Both the position numbers and the translations under genes were made by a program. The notes under the pieces are model-generated. The model did not search any database. It was given only the letters and a program-made list of their open reading frames with translations, and was not told the DNA's origin. From Dehalococcoidia bacterium (GTDB lineage: Bacteria; Chloroflexota; Dehalococcoidia; Lucifugimonadales; Lucifugimonadaceae): 64,000 nucleotides of DNA. Positions 17,917 to 28,485 of the stretch are shown here, one piece after another; positions within the stretch are counted from its first letter, which is position 1, and the number at the start of each line of letters is the position of its first letter. The stretch covers positions 7-64,006 of the forward strand of contig JAYGCF010000008.1 of assembly GCA_046583495.1 (NCBI GenBank), written 5' to 3'.

Positions 17917-19236
17917 TTAACTGGAAGCGTTCTCCGCAGCGTCGCGTTCCGCGTCTGGGGTGTATCTGTAGTTGCTCACACCGGGGACAAATCTCCAGAT
18001 TAGTCCGACAACCACGATGGATATTAAGCCACCGATCACCATAGTCGGGCCAGCGCCCACAATTGCTGACATTTGTGCCACTTCGTATTGACCGACATGA
18101 TTTGCACTCATTGCTGCGAATGAATGTGCGCTGCTAGCTCGGCCTAGTAATCTGTCGGGAGTCGTTAGTTGAACCACTGTCTGGCGCATGACCATACCCA
18201 CGGCATCGGTTGCGCCGAGACATGCGACGATAATCAATCCAATCCAGAATATGTGTATTGATCCAAATGCTATCAATAACAATGCGTAAAGTGCGGTAGC
18301 AAATAACACTAGGAGGCCCTTACGGGGCATCCTGGCGGTATAAAGCACCAGTGCGCTCCCTGCAATCCCGCCGATGCCGTTAACGCTGGTCAAGATCCCT
18401 GTACCCGTCGCTCCTAAACCGTAGAGTTGATCGGCAAATATTGGGAAAAGGAATCTGTAGAAGCTGAATACCGTCACTCCGATATCTAGCAAATACAGGC
18501 CTGGCAATATCCTGTGCCCGCGTACGAATTTGACACCTTCAATTAATGAATTCCATGTCGATGTGAGAGTTACTCGTGTCGTCGTATCAGCAGGTTTCCC
18601 TGATACTCGTATTAAGTACGGTGCGACCACGCTTACGGCAGAAACGGCCATTGTTAACGTGAACGCCCAACTTACACCGAACAATTCGTAAACACCCACA
18701 AACGCAAGCGGGGCCACAATGCTGGCGACTTGAAATGTTGCAGTGTTGGTAGACACAGCGTGCGAGAGAAGAGGACGAGGGACTACTCGAGCGATCATGG
18801 CAGGTCGCGCTGATCCTCCCAGAACATTGACCATCCCAGTCACACCCTGAACTAGGAAGATATGCCAAACGGATAAGGTTTCGCTAAAGGCGGCCACGGA
18901 AAGGCCCACAAGCGAGACGAAAGACACAAATTGGGTGAGTGCCATCAACTTTTTGCGGTCGACCAGATCCGACAAAATCCCACCGAATAAGACAACGGGG
19001 ATCTGAGAAAGTTGTATTACTCCTAGTAGCCCTAGGGTGACTTCCGACCCAGTCTCGTCATAGATCCATTGAGCACTGATCAGCAGTCTGAGGGTCATGG
19101 CCGTAGATGCCGCGGTACCACCCAGCCAGAGCATCGTGAAATCGTAGTGAGCGAACGCCGACCATGGCTTGAATGATGCGACCTGTTCGGCCTTCGGGTC
19201 TTGGTCGACGGATGCCTGTGGCTTATCTACAGCCAT
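17917..19236 (-). CDS. MFS transporter
   Basis: 439 aa with about 12 hydrophobic segments and a D-R-K-K loop (LSDLVDRKK) after TM2. Confidence 0.85.
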   Translation of the reverse strand: MAVDKPQASVDQDPKAEQVASFKPWSAFAHYDFTMLWLGGTAASTAMTLRLLISAQWIYDETGSEVTLGLLGVIQLSQIPVVLFGGILSDLVDRKKLMALTQFVSFVSLVGLSVAAFSETLSVWHIFLVQGVTGMVNVLGGSARPAMIARVVPRPLLSHAVSTNTATFQVASIVAPLAFVGVYELFGVSWAFTLTMAVSAVSVVAPYLIRVSGKPADTTTRVTLTSTWNSLIEGVKFVRGHRILPGLYLLDIGVTVFSFYRFLFPIFADQLYGLGATGTGILTSVNGIGGIAGSALVLYTARMPRKGLLVLFATALYALLLIAFGSIHIFWIGLIIVACLGATDAVGMVMRQTVVQLTTPDRLLGRASSAHSFAAMSANHVGQYEVAQMSAIVGAGPTMVIGGLISIVVVGLIWRFVPGVSNYRYTPDAERDAAENASS

Positions 19237-19349
19237 CGGACATTCCGTCTATTGCGTGCGTCGGCGTCTGAATTCACGGCGGGAATATTAGTCCGAGAGG
19301 ACTGGCCGCGCAATGCTCATAACCGGGAGTTGGCGGCCAACTATGGCCA

Positions 19350-20111
19350 CTAAACAACTTTCGCTATGTAATCGACACATGTGTGTGCTTGAGGGAATTC
19401 GGGTGGCTGCGCCAAGACTGTTACTTCTCCACCGTTCTCTCTAAACATACGTGTGACTATATCTCTGTCAAAACCGGAATGCTGTTTACCGAATCCACCA
19501 GGTGGTTGGATACCCAGGTTTTCGAGTCGCTGATTGAACGCCTCTAAGTTGACTTCATCACGCTCGATATCGAGAGCACGACGTTCAAGTCGTCCCATCC
19601 AAACGGTGCGATTTTCCTCTCGTCCGCGTTCTCCAGATTTCCACTGACCGGTACGTTCCAGATCTGGAACATCCCCGAGCATGACGATTCCGCCCGGGCT
19701 TACGGCCCTACAAAGTGTTTCTATATGTCCTCGTAGGTCTGTGTGGTTATCAAACATGTGTGCGTTGTAATAAGACAACACTTTCGTGAATTTGTTCGTA
19801 AACGAAGTCTGGCCTGATCCTGTCTGTACCCAGTTAATTCGCCCTCCACCGTTTTTGCCGCGCTTGATGACTGAGGGTATGGATTCTGCTGCCGTCGTGT
19901 GCGCGACTCTTGTACACAACTCTCGCGTAATGTTCCCGGTACCACTACCGTAATCTAGGAGAGAGTCTGCGCTGTTCAGATTTAACTTAGTGGCTATATC
20001 TTGCGCAATTCCTGATGCGAGTGCTGAGGTAAGGCCCCCGGGGCGACCTGTGACGAACACATCGTCAGTTTCAAGTTCAGCAAGCGATTGGAAAAAGTTA
20101 GTCCAAGACAA
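19350..20111 (-). CDS. class I SAM-dependent methyltransferase
   Basis: Motif I LLDYGSGTGNITREL and post-I/II pattern ...GGIVMLGDVPD. Confidence 0.75.
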   Translation of the reverse strand: MSWTNFFQSLAELETDDVFVTGRPGGLTSALASGIAQDIATKLNLNSADSLLDYGSGTGNITRELCTRVAHTTAAESIPSVIKRGKNGGGRINWVQTGSGQTSFTNKFTKVLSYYNAHMFDNHTDLRGHIETLCRAVSPGGIVMLGDVPDLERTGQWKSGERGREENRTVWMGRLERRALDIERDEVNLEAFNQRLENLGIQPPGGFGKQHSGFDRDIVTRMFRENGGEVTVLAQPPEFPQAHTCVDYIAKVV

Positions 20112-20300
20112 TGAGGCTCATCTCCGTTCAGATGCCTTAGAAAGAGTGGTCAATTTGTTGCTTCTATCAAGACAGCGAAGTCAATGGTATCCGTGAACGG
20201 GTCGATTTTGACCAGTGATTGTGGTGATGTGCTCGATCGGGCTACACTCCGGCCATGATTATTTCCCAATCGTTACCCGAACTCTGGAGGGCAATCCAAC

Positions 20301-21191
20301 GTGTCTAAACGTATTAATCGCTGTATCGACCTTATGGAAGCTGGGCATCCGATTTACTACACCGGGGCAGGTGAACTGACCTATGAGAATGGCAAGAAGC
20401 AGTCTCAGACCTGGGCTGATTTCCTCATAGTCGATTTTGAGAAAGACCCTTTTGACGTGGTCGGGCTTAATCAGTTCATGCAAGGAATCGTCGACGGCGG
20501 TCCGACCCCAGATGGATATCGGATGGCGACGGTTCTTACGACTCTCCCTTCAAACGCGAAGACAAGGAATGAGGTTGAAGCAAATGCATGGCAGGTCCGC
20601 CACGTGCTATCCGCTGGAGTCCACGGAATTCTTCACACCCATGCAAGGCAGGCGGATGCTGTACAAGCTTTCGTTGAGCAGGTTCGGTGGCCTTTCCAGA
20701 CCATAGGATTGGGACGTGATGGAGGCCTCGGTCAGGGACAACGAGGCGCAGGCGGACAGGGTAAACCAGCAGCTCTCTGGGGAATGGATCCCCAGGATTA
20801 CGTCAAAGTTTCCGATCCGTGGCCACTGAATCCGGACGGTGAGTTGATTCTTGGTCTGAAATTAGAGGACCGAGAGTGTGTGGCAAACGCCGAGTTTACG
20901 GCTGCAGTGCCGGGTATTTCGTTTGCCGAATGGGGACCAGGTGACATGGGAATGTCATATGGGTTTTCCGATGCTCATGATCCGCCGTACCCAGAAGAGA
21001 TGGATCAGGCGAGGCTTACGGTACGTGCCGCATGCGACAAAGCAGGAATTGGATTTCTTTGTAGTTGGCATGACCCGAATATGAGTGAGGAAGAGAACCT
21101 CAAATACATGTTGGACTGGGGTGTCAAAATTGTTTCAGGTGGAAACGCCAAGGTGAAAGAAATGGGCCTTAAAATCAAACCTAGGACATAA
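20301..21191 (+). CDS. divergent HpcH/HpaI-like aldolase/lyase-family protein
   Basis: GTG start after GGAGGG. ADFLIVDFEKDPF, GVHGILHTHARQADAVQAFVEQVRWP and GISFAEWGPGDMGMSYG parallel the HpcH-family motifs but diverge (EK instead of EH). Confidence 0.6.
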   Translation: MSKRINRCIDLMEAGHPIYYTGAGELTYENGKKQSQTWADFLIVDFEKDPFDVVGLNQFMQGIVDGGPTPDGYRMATVLTTLPSNAKTRNEVEANAWQVRHVLSAGVHGILHTHARQADAVQAFVEQVRWPFQTIGLGRDGGLGQGQRGAGGQGKPAALWGMDPQDYVKVSDPWPLNPDGELILGLKLEDRECVANAEFTAAVPGISFAEWGPGDMGMSYGFSDAHDPPYPEEMDQARLTVRAACDKAGIGFLCSWHDPNMSEEENLKYMLDWGVKIVSGGNAKVKEMGLKIKPRT

Positions 21192-21219
21192 AATTAACGA
21201 AGATCAATCGAGGGTCGTT

Positions 21220-22140
21220 TCAAGGGGCGATCGCAATAGCGGTCGCCCCGATCGCTATCAATGTAGCGCCGAATATTCGGCCCCCTGGGAACGGTTCTTT
21301 TAGAACGAACAATCCCAATCCAACGCCGATTAGAAGACCGACTTCCCTGAAAGGGCCGACGTAACTGACTCGGGACACGGTAAGAGCGGTCAAGATCATT
21401 CCGTATGCTGCGAACTGAAGCATGCCACCAGTCACAATCGCCCGGGCGTTGTTTCTCCACTCGTTCAGGAACACGGCGCGCGAACGGCCTCGAACTATAA
21501 ATGGGAGAAGGCCAAAAGTGGCTGAGGTCGTCATCAAATACATGTAAAGCAGAGGGGTGACGTGCTGTACACCCTGTTTGTCGATTATCGAGTAACCAGC
21601 GATTATCAGACCAGTGGTGAGGGCGTATGCCATTCCCGGAGCTCGGGGAAGTGAGAGAGGGTTGGCTACGATTGAACCGAGCCTCCCCCACCACGATAGT
21701 AGGAAAATACCAGAGGCCACACCGACTACGCCTATAACGGCAAGAGCTGACATGGTCTCGCCGAGCAACAACACTCCCGAAACCGGAATTAATATCAGGC
21801 CAGTACCGCGGGCCACCGGGTACACCAGTGACAAATCACCGTTCTTGTATGCTCGACTTAGCGTGAAGAAATAGCCAAGATGCAGGATCCACGTGGCAGC
21901 GACGAATATCCACCCCTCCGATTCGGGAGGGTTAGTCCAGAAGAGGACAACTGCGAGTGGTAAGAGGATTACGTTGATGCAAACGGCCATCCACCACGTG
22001 AACACTTCCGCATCATTTGCACGCTTGAGTAAAAAATTCCACGAAGCGTGTGCAAATGCGGAGAGAAGGATAAGTGCGATAGTCGTACCGGTCATTGCAA
22101 TGAGGATACCTCTTGCACAAGAAATGTATGTGAGAAACAC
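21220..22140 (-). CDS. EamA/DMT-superfamily transporter
   Basis: 306 aa with about 10 TM segments in two EamA-like halves (AFAHASWNFLLKRA...). Confidence 0.8.
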   Translation of the reverse strand: MFLTYISCARGILIAMTGTTIALILLSAFAHASWNFLLKRANDAEVFTWWMAVCINVILLPLAVVLFWTNPPESEGWIFVAATWILHLGYFFTLSRAYKNGDLSLVYPVARGTGLILIPVSGVLLLGETMSALAVIGVVGVASGIFLLSWWGRLGSIVANPLSLPRAPGMAYALTTGLIIAGYSIIDKQGVQHVTPLLYMYLMTTSATFGLLPFIVRGRSRAVFLNEWRNNARAIVTGGMLQFAAYGMILTALTVSRVSYVGPFREVGLLIGVGLGLFVLKEPFPGGRIFGATLIAIGATAIAIAP

Positions 22141-22400
22141 ACGATACTTTGTCGTATCTATCCATACACAGGCTCAATCCACACTCAGTCCCAAATTTTG
22201 ATACACGTTAGAAAGTGCACTAAAGGCTACCAATGGGAACGTCTCGTATAGTACTTAACTACACGCGCGCTAGTTGCTTGAGAGTGTAGTGATAAATTTG
22301 CGGCTTCCGCAGGGTCGCACTAAGACTAGAGCGCGTTCCATAATGTGACTTCTTGTGGTGACGGAACTCACTACGCTTTCCACTTGAAGGGACGCAAGTC

Positions 22401-23990
22401 TTGGTTGATATCAAAATCGTTAACGGCCAGATTATCGACGGTACGGGCAGCCCGGGTTTTTATGCCACCCTCTTGATAGACGGCGATACGCTGACTGTCC
22501 ACCGTGGTGAACATGACCATATCGAAGCATCACGGACGATTGATGCGTCTGGACATGTTGTATGTCCGGGATTTATAGACGTTCACTCGCACGCAGGGCT
22601 AACGATCCTCGGTGAACCCCATCACGATCCTAAGATCCGTCAAGGCGTGACTACTGAATTAATAGGGATAGATGGCAATTCATGGGCACCATTTAAGACG
22701 CTTGCAGAATTGCGCCAGTTTATTGAACTTGATAGCGGTTTAAATGGATATCCGCCGGAGCCAGCGGACTGGCTGACTTTGACGGAGTTCCTCGTGAAAT
22801 TCCATGAGCGTGTCGCCGTGAACATTTGCTATATCCTCGGCAACTCTCCTGTCCGTATCTGGGGAGTGGGTTGGGAAGATAGAGCAGCCACAGTGGAAGA
22901 GATAGCTAACATGCGATCAGCTGTGAGGGAAACGATGGAGGAAGGAGCATGGGGCCTATCTACTGGACTTGACTATCCACCGGGTTCATACGCGTCTACT
23001 GAGGAACTGATCGAGTTAAGTGCTGAATCAGCTCGACTCGGCGGTTTTTATCACACCCATACGAGAGCCTCTCTACTGTCTGAGGGTTTGCTTGCTCCTT
23101 GGGAAGAAGCTCTTACCATAGGCCGTGAGAGCGGGATCCCAGTTCATTTGACTCACTACCGACAGGGCGCACAGGGGGTGGGAAGCCACCTGGACTACCT
23201 GGGGCTTGTTGAAGACGCCGTCGACTCTGGAATGGATGTCACGTTTGACTGCTACACCTATCCCTATTCAGGTACGAGGGTAACTATTGCGCTACCTCAA
23301 TGGACGATGGATGGTGGGGTAGAACGACTGAAGGTTGCGCTTACAAATGGCTCTGACCGTGAGCGGATCATGTCTGAAATGTCCGACGGCGGTTCTGCAT
23401 GGCGGAACCTCAGCGAAAACTGGCTCACTAATTTCCAACAACCCCAGAATCATGGATATGACGGTCATTCAGTCACGGAAATTGCCGCAATGCGAGGGCA
23501 AGAGCCAGTGGAGGCGCTGATGGACCTTCTTGTCGAAGAAAACCTGGGGATATCTACTGTGGCTCTGGGGACCAATCCTCACACTCTCTCTGAATTTGTA
23601 TCTCATCCTTACGGAATGATAGGTAGTGACGCGCTTCTATTTGGTGAGCACCCTAGCCCCAGGTCTTACGGCTGTTTTCCTATTGTCCTTGCTGAGTTTG
23701 TTCGTGCTGAGAAGAACTTGAAGTTGCCAGAGGCCATAAGAAAGATGACTTCATTCCCGGCACAACGCCTCGGGATACCGGATCGTGGGATTTTGCGCGA
23801 TGGATTCCGTGCTGACATCGTGATTTTTGATGCCGAGAATGTGAAAACTCGTGCGACCAAAGCAAATCCAAAGGTCTACCCGGAAGGTATTCCGTACGTG
23901 ATAGTTAACGGGAAGATGGTTATCGACCAGGGTGAGAACACTGGAAACCTGGCCGGGCGATCTCTCAAGCGTGGGCGGGCGAGGACCTAA
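22401..23990 (+). CDS. N-acyl-D-amino-acid deacylase (D-aminoacylase) family amidohydrolase
   Basis: IVNGQIIDGTGSPGF..., PGFIDVHSHAG (HxH), and the C-terminal ADIVIFD...V..VIVNG pattern typical of the family. TTG start. Confidence 0.85.
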   Translation: MVDIKIVNGQIIDGTGSPGFYATLLIDGDTLTVHRGEHDHIEASRTIDASGHVVCPGFIDVHSHAGLTILGEPHHDPKIRQGVTTELIGIDGNSWAPFKTLAELRQFIELDSGLNGYPPEPADWLTLTEFLVKFHERVAVNICYILGNSPVRIWGVGWEDRAATVEEIANMRSAVRETMEEGAWGLSTGLDYPPGSYASTEELIELSAESARLGGFYHTHTRASLLSEGLLAPWEEALTIGRESGIPVHLTHYRQGAQGVGSHLDYLGLVEDAVDSGMDVTFDCYTYPYSGTRVTIALPQWTMDGGVERLKVALTNGSDRERIMSEMSDGGSAWRNLSENWLTNFQQPQNHGYDGHSVTEIAAMRGQEPVEALMDLLVEENLGISTVALGTNPHTLSEFVSHPYGMIGSDALLFGEHPSPRSYGCFPIVLAEFVRAEKNLKLPEAIRKMTSFPAQRLGIPDRGILRDGFRADIVIFDAENVKTRATKANPKVYPEGIPYVIVNGKMVIDQGENTGNLAGRSLKRGRART

Positions 23991-23993
23991 ATA

Positions 23994-24650
23994 TTGTCTT
24001 TAGATTTGATTTATGAGGCTCGTAGTAGTTCCTTGGTACATGGCGCGTTATCGGATTTCCAGGAGGAAATAGCATCGGGTGTTTACCCCGGGTTGCACCG
24101 CGCTGGCGGCGAAGTCCTGAAAGTGATGGGCACTCAGATCGGTGCTCCGGAGACCGACGTGTTGCGGGTCACGGCGTTTGCTGACATCAAGACATGGGAG
24201 AAATCGTTGAATGGATATGAGCGATCCCCGCTTGTTGAGTCCGAAACAGTTCGTCTGTTGAGTCCTGTGGCCAATAGGCCATTGAGTCAGGTTCCGCCAG
24301 ACCACCATCGGGAGTTCTTCGGGTATCGCCGATTTCAGATTGATCCTGCAGATTTGGCAGAGGTCGTGGATATGTCGGAGAACGGTGTTTGGCCCAGGAT
24401 AGAACAACAGGACGCTCGCATACTGGGTTTATGGAAAACGGTCGGAGCCGAGTATCCATTAGAGGTAACCTTGTTGACTGGATATCATTCACCCTCGCAC
24501 TGGGAGGCGACGCGTGTGTGGGCTGGGCGACCGGAAAACATATCAGACGAGGAATGGGAAAGCAGTAGGCAGCGCCGAGACCGGCGCGCCGAGATCACCC
24601 TCTCTCAGTGGGTTTACCTTATGAAGAACTTCGAATTTGGTCACCCTTAA
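23994..24650 (+). CDS. tandem NIPSNAP-like (dimeric alpha/beta-barrel) protein
   Basis: Two ~95-aa halves, each with a NIPSNAP-like pattern (IYEARSS...VTAFADIKTWEKS; FFGYRRFQ...LLTGYHSPSHWEATR). It starts 4 nt after the D-aminoacylase stop. Confidence 0.5.
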   Translation: MSLDLIYEARSSSLVHGALSDFQEEIASGVYPGLHRAGGEVLKVMGTQIGAPETDVLRVTAFADIKTWEKSLNGYERSPLVESETVRLLSPVANRPLSQVPPDHHREFFGYRRFQIDPADLAEVVDMSENGVWPRIEQQDARILGLWKTVGAEYPLEVTLLTGYHSPSHWEATRVWAGRPENISDEEWESSRQRRDRRAEITLSQWVYLMKNFEFGHP

Positions 24651-24703
24651 CGATTAAATCAGATCTAAACACAACATCAATGAAGAAAATCCAGGAGAAA
24701 TGT

Positions 24704-26131
24704 ATGGCGAACGAGCAGAAGGTCGATACGGTTGTTTCGGGTGGTCTGGTTGTTACAGCTGCCGCAGAGGTTGAGGCCTCTATTGCCATCAAAGACGGTA
24801 AAGTCGTGGCGATTGGTTCACCAGATTCCATGCCTTTTTCGGATAGGGAAATCGATGCATCAGGACGCTACATACTTCCTGGGCCAATTGATGCTCACGC
24901 CCATTTCCGTGGATGGGAAGACTTCGAACTTGCAGGACGTATGGCTGCAAAGTCCGGATTGACAACGATCATCCCATTCGGTGAACCGGATCACGTGAAT
25001 CACGAAGGTCTACCTGCAGCAACAGCCAGGATCTCGGGCGAAATTAATGAAACCTCAGTGATCGACATGGGCCTACACCTGATGCTGGGCGCAGACCCTT
25101 ACGTATTCGAAGGTATTCCCGCCGCTATGGGCATGGGAATTCGATCCTTCAAAGCGTTTATGACCTATAAAAGTCGCCGTCCTCGGACGATGGTAGACGA
25201 TGAGTTCATCATCAACGCCATGGAATTGATCGGTAATAACGGTGGAGTCACTCAACTCCATTGTGAGAACGGCGACGTGATAGATCACCTTGAGAAACGT
25301 TTCCGAGATGAGGGTCGGGTCGCACCGAGTGATTTCCCCGACGTCGCACCGCCGTGGGTTGAAGAAGAGGCTATAAATCGAGCGATATCACTGGCCAAAA
25401 TGACAGGTAGTCCACTGTATATCGTCCACCTGAGCACGCAGTTGGGTCTTGAAAGGATCAAGCGTGCTCAGGCGGAGGGGCTTCCGGTCTGGACTGAAAC
25501 TTGTCCTCAATATCTGTTACTTGCGGCTGAAGACCACGAAAAGTGGGGTCCTCTACTGAAAATCGGACCTCCGTTGCGATACCGAGACGGTGGTGACCAC
25601 GAAGCCCTTTGGGAAGGACTGACGGATGGCTATATTTCATGTGTGGCCAGTGACCACTCTCCACACCCTTATGAGGACAAAATGAAGGGTGAGGACAACG
25701 TTTTTTTCATGCCCGGCGGTGAGTTGCCGGTCCCATTCGGTGCTCCTAGCATTGAGACCATCGCACCGGTTGTTTACTCAAAGGGTGTCAGTGAACGCGG
25801 GCTTGGCCCTCGCTGGTTCGCTCGTGTCATGGCGGAAAATCCAGCCCGTATATTCGGACTATACCCACAGAAAGGCACTATTCAGATCGGGTCGGATGCA
25901 GATCTTGCAATCGTAGATCCTGAACGGATGCATAAGATTTCTGAGTCCAACATGCTGGGCAAGGCTGGATTTACGCCTTATGAGGGTCTGGAGTTAAAAG
26001 GCGCTATCACTATGACCTTGCTGCGGGGCGAGGTTCTAATGGACAACGGCGAAATCAAGTTGGACGGAGCGTACGGCCGGTTTGTTGAGGCCGGAGCACC
26101 TGTGGCACCGGTTGGAGGGAGTGTTAGGTAA
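24704..26131 (+). CDS. cyclic amidohydrolase (D-hydantoinase/dihydropyrimidinase family)
   Basis: ATG at 24704 after AGGAGA. PGPIDAHAHF (HxH), carbamylated-Lys context IRSFKAFMTYK, HCENGD, VASDHSPH. Confidence 0.85.
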   Translation: MANEQKVDTVVSGGLVVTAAAEVEASIAIKDGKVVAIGSPDSMPFSDREIDASGRYILPGPIDAHAHFRGWEDFELAGRMAAKSGLTTIIPFGEPDHVNHEGLPAATARISGEINETSVIDMGLHLMLGADPYVFEGIPAAMGMGIRSFKAFMTYKSRRPRTMVDDEFIINAMELIGNNGGVTQLHCENGDVIDHLEKRFRDEGRVAPSDFPDVAPPWVEEEAINRAISLAKMTGSPLYIVHLSTQLGLERIKRAQAEGLPVWTETCPQYLLLAAEDHEKWGPLLKIGPPLRYRDGGDHEALWEGLTDGYISCVASDHSPHPYEDKMKGEDNVFFMPGGELPVPFGAPSIETIAPVVYSKGVSERGLGPRWFARVMAENPARIFGLYPQKGTIQIGSDADLAIVDPERMHKISESNMLGKAGFTPYEGLELKGAITMTLLRGEVLMDNGEIKLDGAYGRFVEAGAPVAPVGGSVR

Positions 26132-26210
26132 ACGGGCTCCCTCCAACCGGTGCGGCTTGTTGGGTGGTATCTGTCGGTACAATTTTGCTGGGAATGAACT
26201 AGGACGTGGT

Positions 26211-27389
26211 TCAGTCCTGAGCCTCACCCCATATAGCGCGATCGATTTGGTTCGCCCGAACGAAATCCCAGTCGATCTCTACACCTATACCTGGTCCTTC
26301 CGGTGCGAAAACGTTACCGTCTGAGTCGATTGCATCTAGATCGTCACTGTAGTTCAGGTAGGCAGGGGATCTCGTGGTCCTCACTAGGGGATGAATCAGT
26401 CCTAGTTCATACCAGTTGGTGTTCCTTATTGCCGACATAATGTGGCGATGCACCGGCCCGGGCCCATGTAATTCCATGTCGAGACCGAACCCTTCCGAGG
26501 CAGATGCAATTTTCATAGTTCCGGTAACCCCTCCGTCTTCGTGTGCACCTGCCCGGACGTAGTCCGTGGCTTCTGCCACGATGAAGTCGACGTGTTGCTC
26601 TAGCAATCTTATGTGCTCGGTCTGGAGAATCGGGGTCTTAATCATTTGACGTAGCTTACGGTGAGCGAATTGCGAAACACCTCCGTCTTGATATGGGTCC
26701 TCTAGCCAAAAGAAGTCAGAATCATCACATGCTCGCCCAATGGCCAGGGTCTCGGCAAAGTTTTCATATTCACATGCGGGGTCGATCATAAGGGCCATTT
26801 CAGGACCCACGCGATCGCGGACCCCGTGAACGTTTGCGATCTCTCGGGATATCGGGCCATCTCCCCATCCATGAATTTTGAAACCCTTGTAACCCATCTC
26901 TCCACACTGCTGGGCAAAATCAGCAAACTGCTCAGGCGTCGCTAACCCTCCGTTTTCGTCACCATGAAGTGTGCTGGCATAGGCAGGTAATGGCTTACGG
27001 CTACCTCCCAGCAGCCGGTAGAGTGGAGCATCGAACAGCTTTCCGGCAATATCCCACAGGGCGATGTCGACTGGGCCCACTCCAGTCATATCGAAGTGCC
27101 TCAAGCCCCTCTTGGTGTCTTGGTATATTTTCTCCCGCTCAAGAGGGTTTTTGCCGATCAAGTACCCCGTGAGCATCTTGACCTGTTCTGCAGTGGGGCC
27201 ACGGAGTCCCACGTGTTCACCGACGACACCTGCTGATGTGTGGATGCGCAGGATCCCTTCCGTATGTGTTGTTTGCGCCCCCGGTTCGTAAACCATATTG
27301 AAAGTGTTGTAATCCGTTCCAACATTCTCAAGCGGGTATTGGAACCACACCATCTCGATTCCCGTGATCGTCAGGTTATCTAGCGACAT
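26211..27389 (-). CDS. enolase-superfamily enzyme (mandelate racemase/muconate lactonizing family), second copy
   Basis: ALWDIAGKLFDAPLYRLLGG, FKIHGW, LMIDPA, FWLEDP. It is not closely similar to the copy at 641..1807. Confidence 0.85.
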   Translation of the reverse strand: MSLDNLTITGIEMVWFQYPLENVGTDYNTFNMVYEPGAQTTHTEGILRIHTSAGVVGEHVGLRGPTAEQVKMLTGYLIGKNPLEREKIYQDTKRGLRHFDMTGVGPVDIALWDIAGKLFDAPLYRLLGGSRKPLPAYASTLHGDENGGLATPEQFADFAQQCGEMGYKGFKIHGWGDGPISREIANVHGVRDRVGPEMALMIDPACEYENFAETLAIGRACDDSDFFWLEDPYQDGGVSQFAHRKLRQMIKTPILQTEHIRLLEQHVDFIVAEATDYVRAGAHEDGGVTGTMKIASASEGFGLDMELHGPGPVHRHIMSAIRNTNWYELGLIHPLVRTTRSPAYLNYSDDLDAIDSDGNVFAPEGPGIGVEIDWDFVRANQIDRAIWGEAQD

Positions 27390-27448
27390 ATGTTTCTCTC
27401 CAAGACTGCTTGGTGCCGTTCACCGTCTGGCCCTGATGATATGGCACG

Positions 27449-28348
27449 TTAATTAAAAACGTCGAAATAGGATTCGAAGAAACGGTCTGAATCAACGGTT
27501 ATACCGATTTTGTGTGGCCCCTTGGGATCCGCTGTCCATTCGGTGAGTCCGTCATCTCGGTCATCCGACCGGGTTACAACGGATATTCCATTCTGATATG
27601 TGCAAACGGTTTCATCAAACAGTGTTACAGCCGCAAGTGGGTCGTGAAAGTTCAGGATTGACCGTTCGTCAAACCAGACTTTCGACATCTCATATACCGG
27701 CTGTAATAAAGGGTGTTTGAAATACTCTGAAACCTGATCTGAGTTCATTGTGACCTGTTTGGTGACATCAAGTCCCAGTGAAGTGTGGTGAGCTATATCT
27801 CCAGTTATCGCTGTTGAATACACGTAGCTCGCCGCTGTCGGGTCGCAATGTGAGTTCCATTCTGCGGATGGAGTGTTGTGATACGGGTCTAGAAAACGAC
27901 CCAGCATGAGCCGCAGGGATTTAAGCAGGCCTGGCACGTCAGGGTGTCGAGTAAATAGCTTTGCCACGTTGGTCATGGGGCCCACTGCTAGCAGGATTAC
28001 CTCATATGGCTGAGACCTGATCACTTCAGCCATAAAATCGACTGCGTCACCATCAGGGAATTCGGTCTTATGCGGCCAGTTGGGCAATACGGAACCCTGA
28101 GGAACATTCGGCTGTCTGGTTGGTCCGTCGATTCGGTGTTCTGAACCCGGGATTATTTGTATGTCTCGTCCGGCAGTTTTGCAGATGGCACTGGCAAGCT
28201 TTGCCCTTTCAATCGGATGCCCGGACACCGTGGTGATACCCAGAATTTCGGCCCGCGGTTGGGCAAGTAGATAGGCGAGCGCAACTGCGTCATCGATGTC
28301 TGAGCCGATGTCAGTATCAAACAGAATTTTCACGGTATCTTCGCTCAA
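27449..28348 (-). CDS. nucleoside hydrolase (inosine/uridine-preferring family)
   Basis: N-terminal DTDIGSDIDDAVAL (DxDxxxDD Ca-binding fingerprint). Confidence 0.85.
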   Translation of the reverse strand: MSEDTVKILFDTDIGSDIDDAVALAYLLAQPRAEILGITTVSGHPIERAKLASAICKTAGRDIQIIPGSEHRIDGPTRQPNVPQGSVLPNWPHKTEFPDGDAVDFMAEVIRSQPYEVILLAVGPMTNVAKLFTRHPDVPGLLKSLRLMLGRFLDPYHNTPSAEWNSHCDPTAASYVYSTAITGDIAHHTSLGLDVTKQVTMNSDQVSEYFKHPLLQPVYEMSKVWFDERSILNFHDPLAAVTLFDETVCTYQNGISVVTRSDDRDDGLTEWTADPKGPHKIGITVDSDRFFESYFDVFN

Positions 28349-28485
28349 TTCTCGCTCCAGACCTTAATGATTTTCATCGCACACTGAATCCTAGCATCGA
28401 GAACATTCGATGTTGGTTGATGCTCCTATTTGCCCGTGAAAGAATGCAGTCTCCCGAAGACACCCACCAACAGGACATGCTGTCT

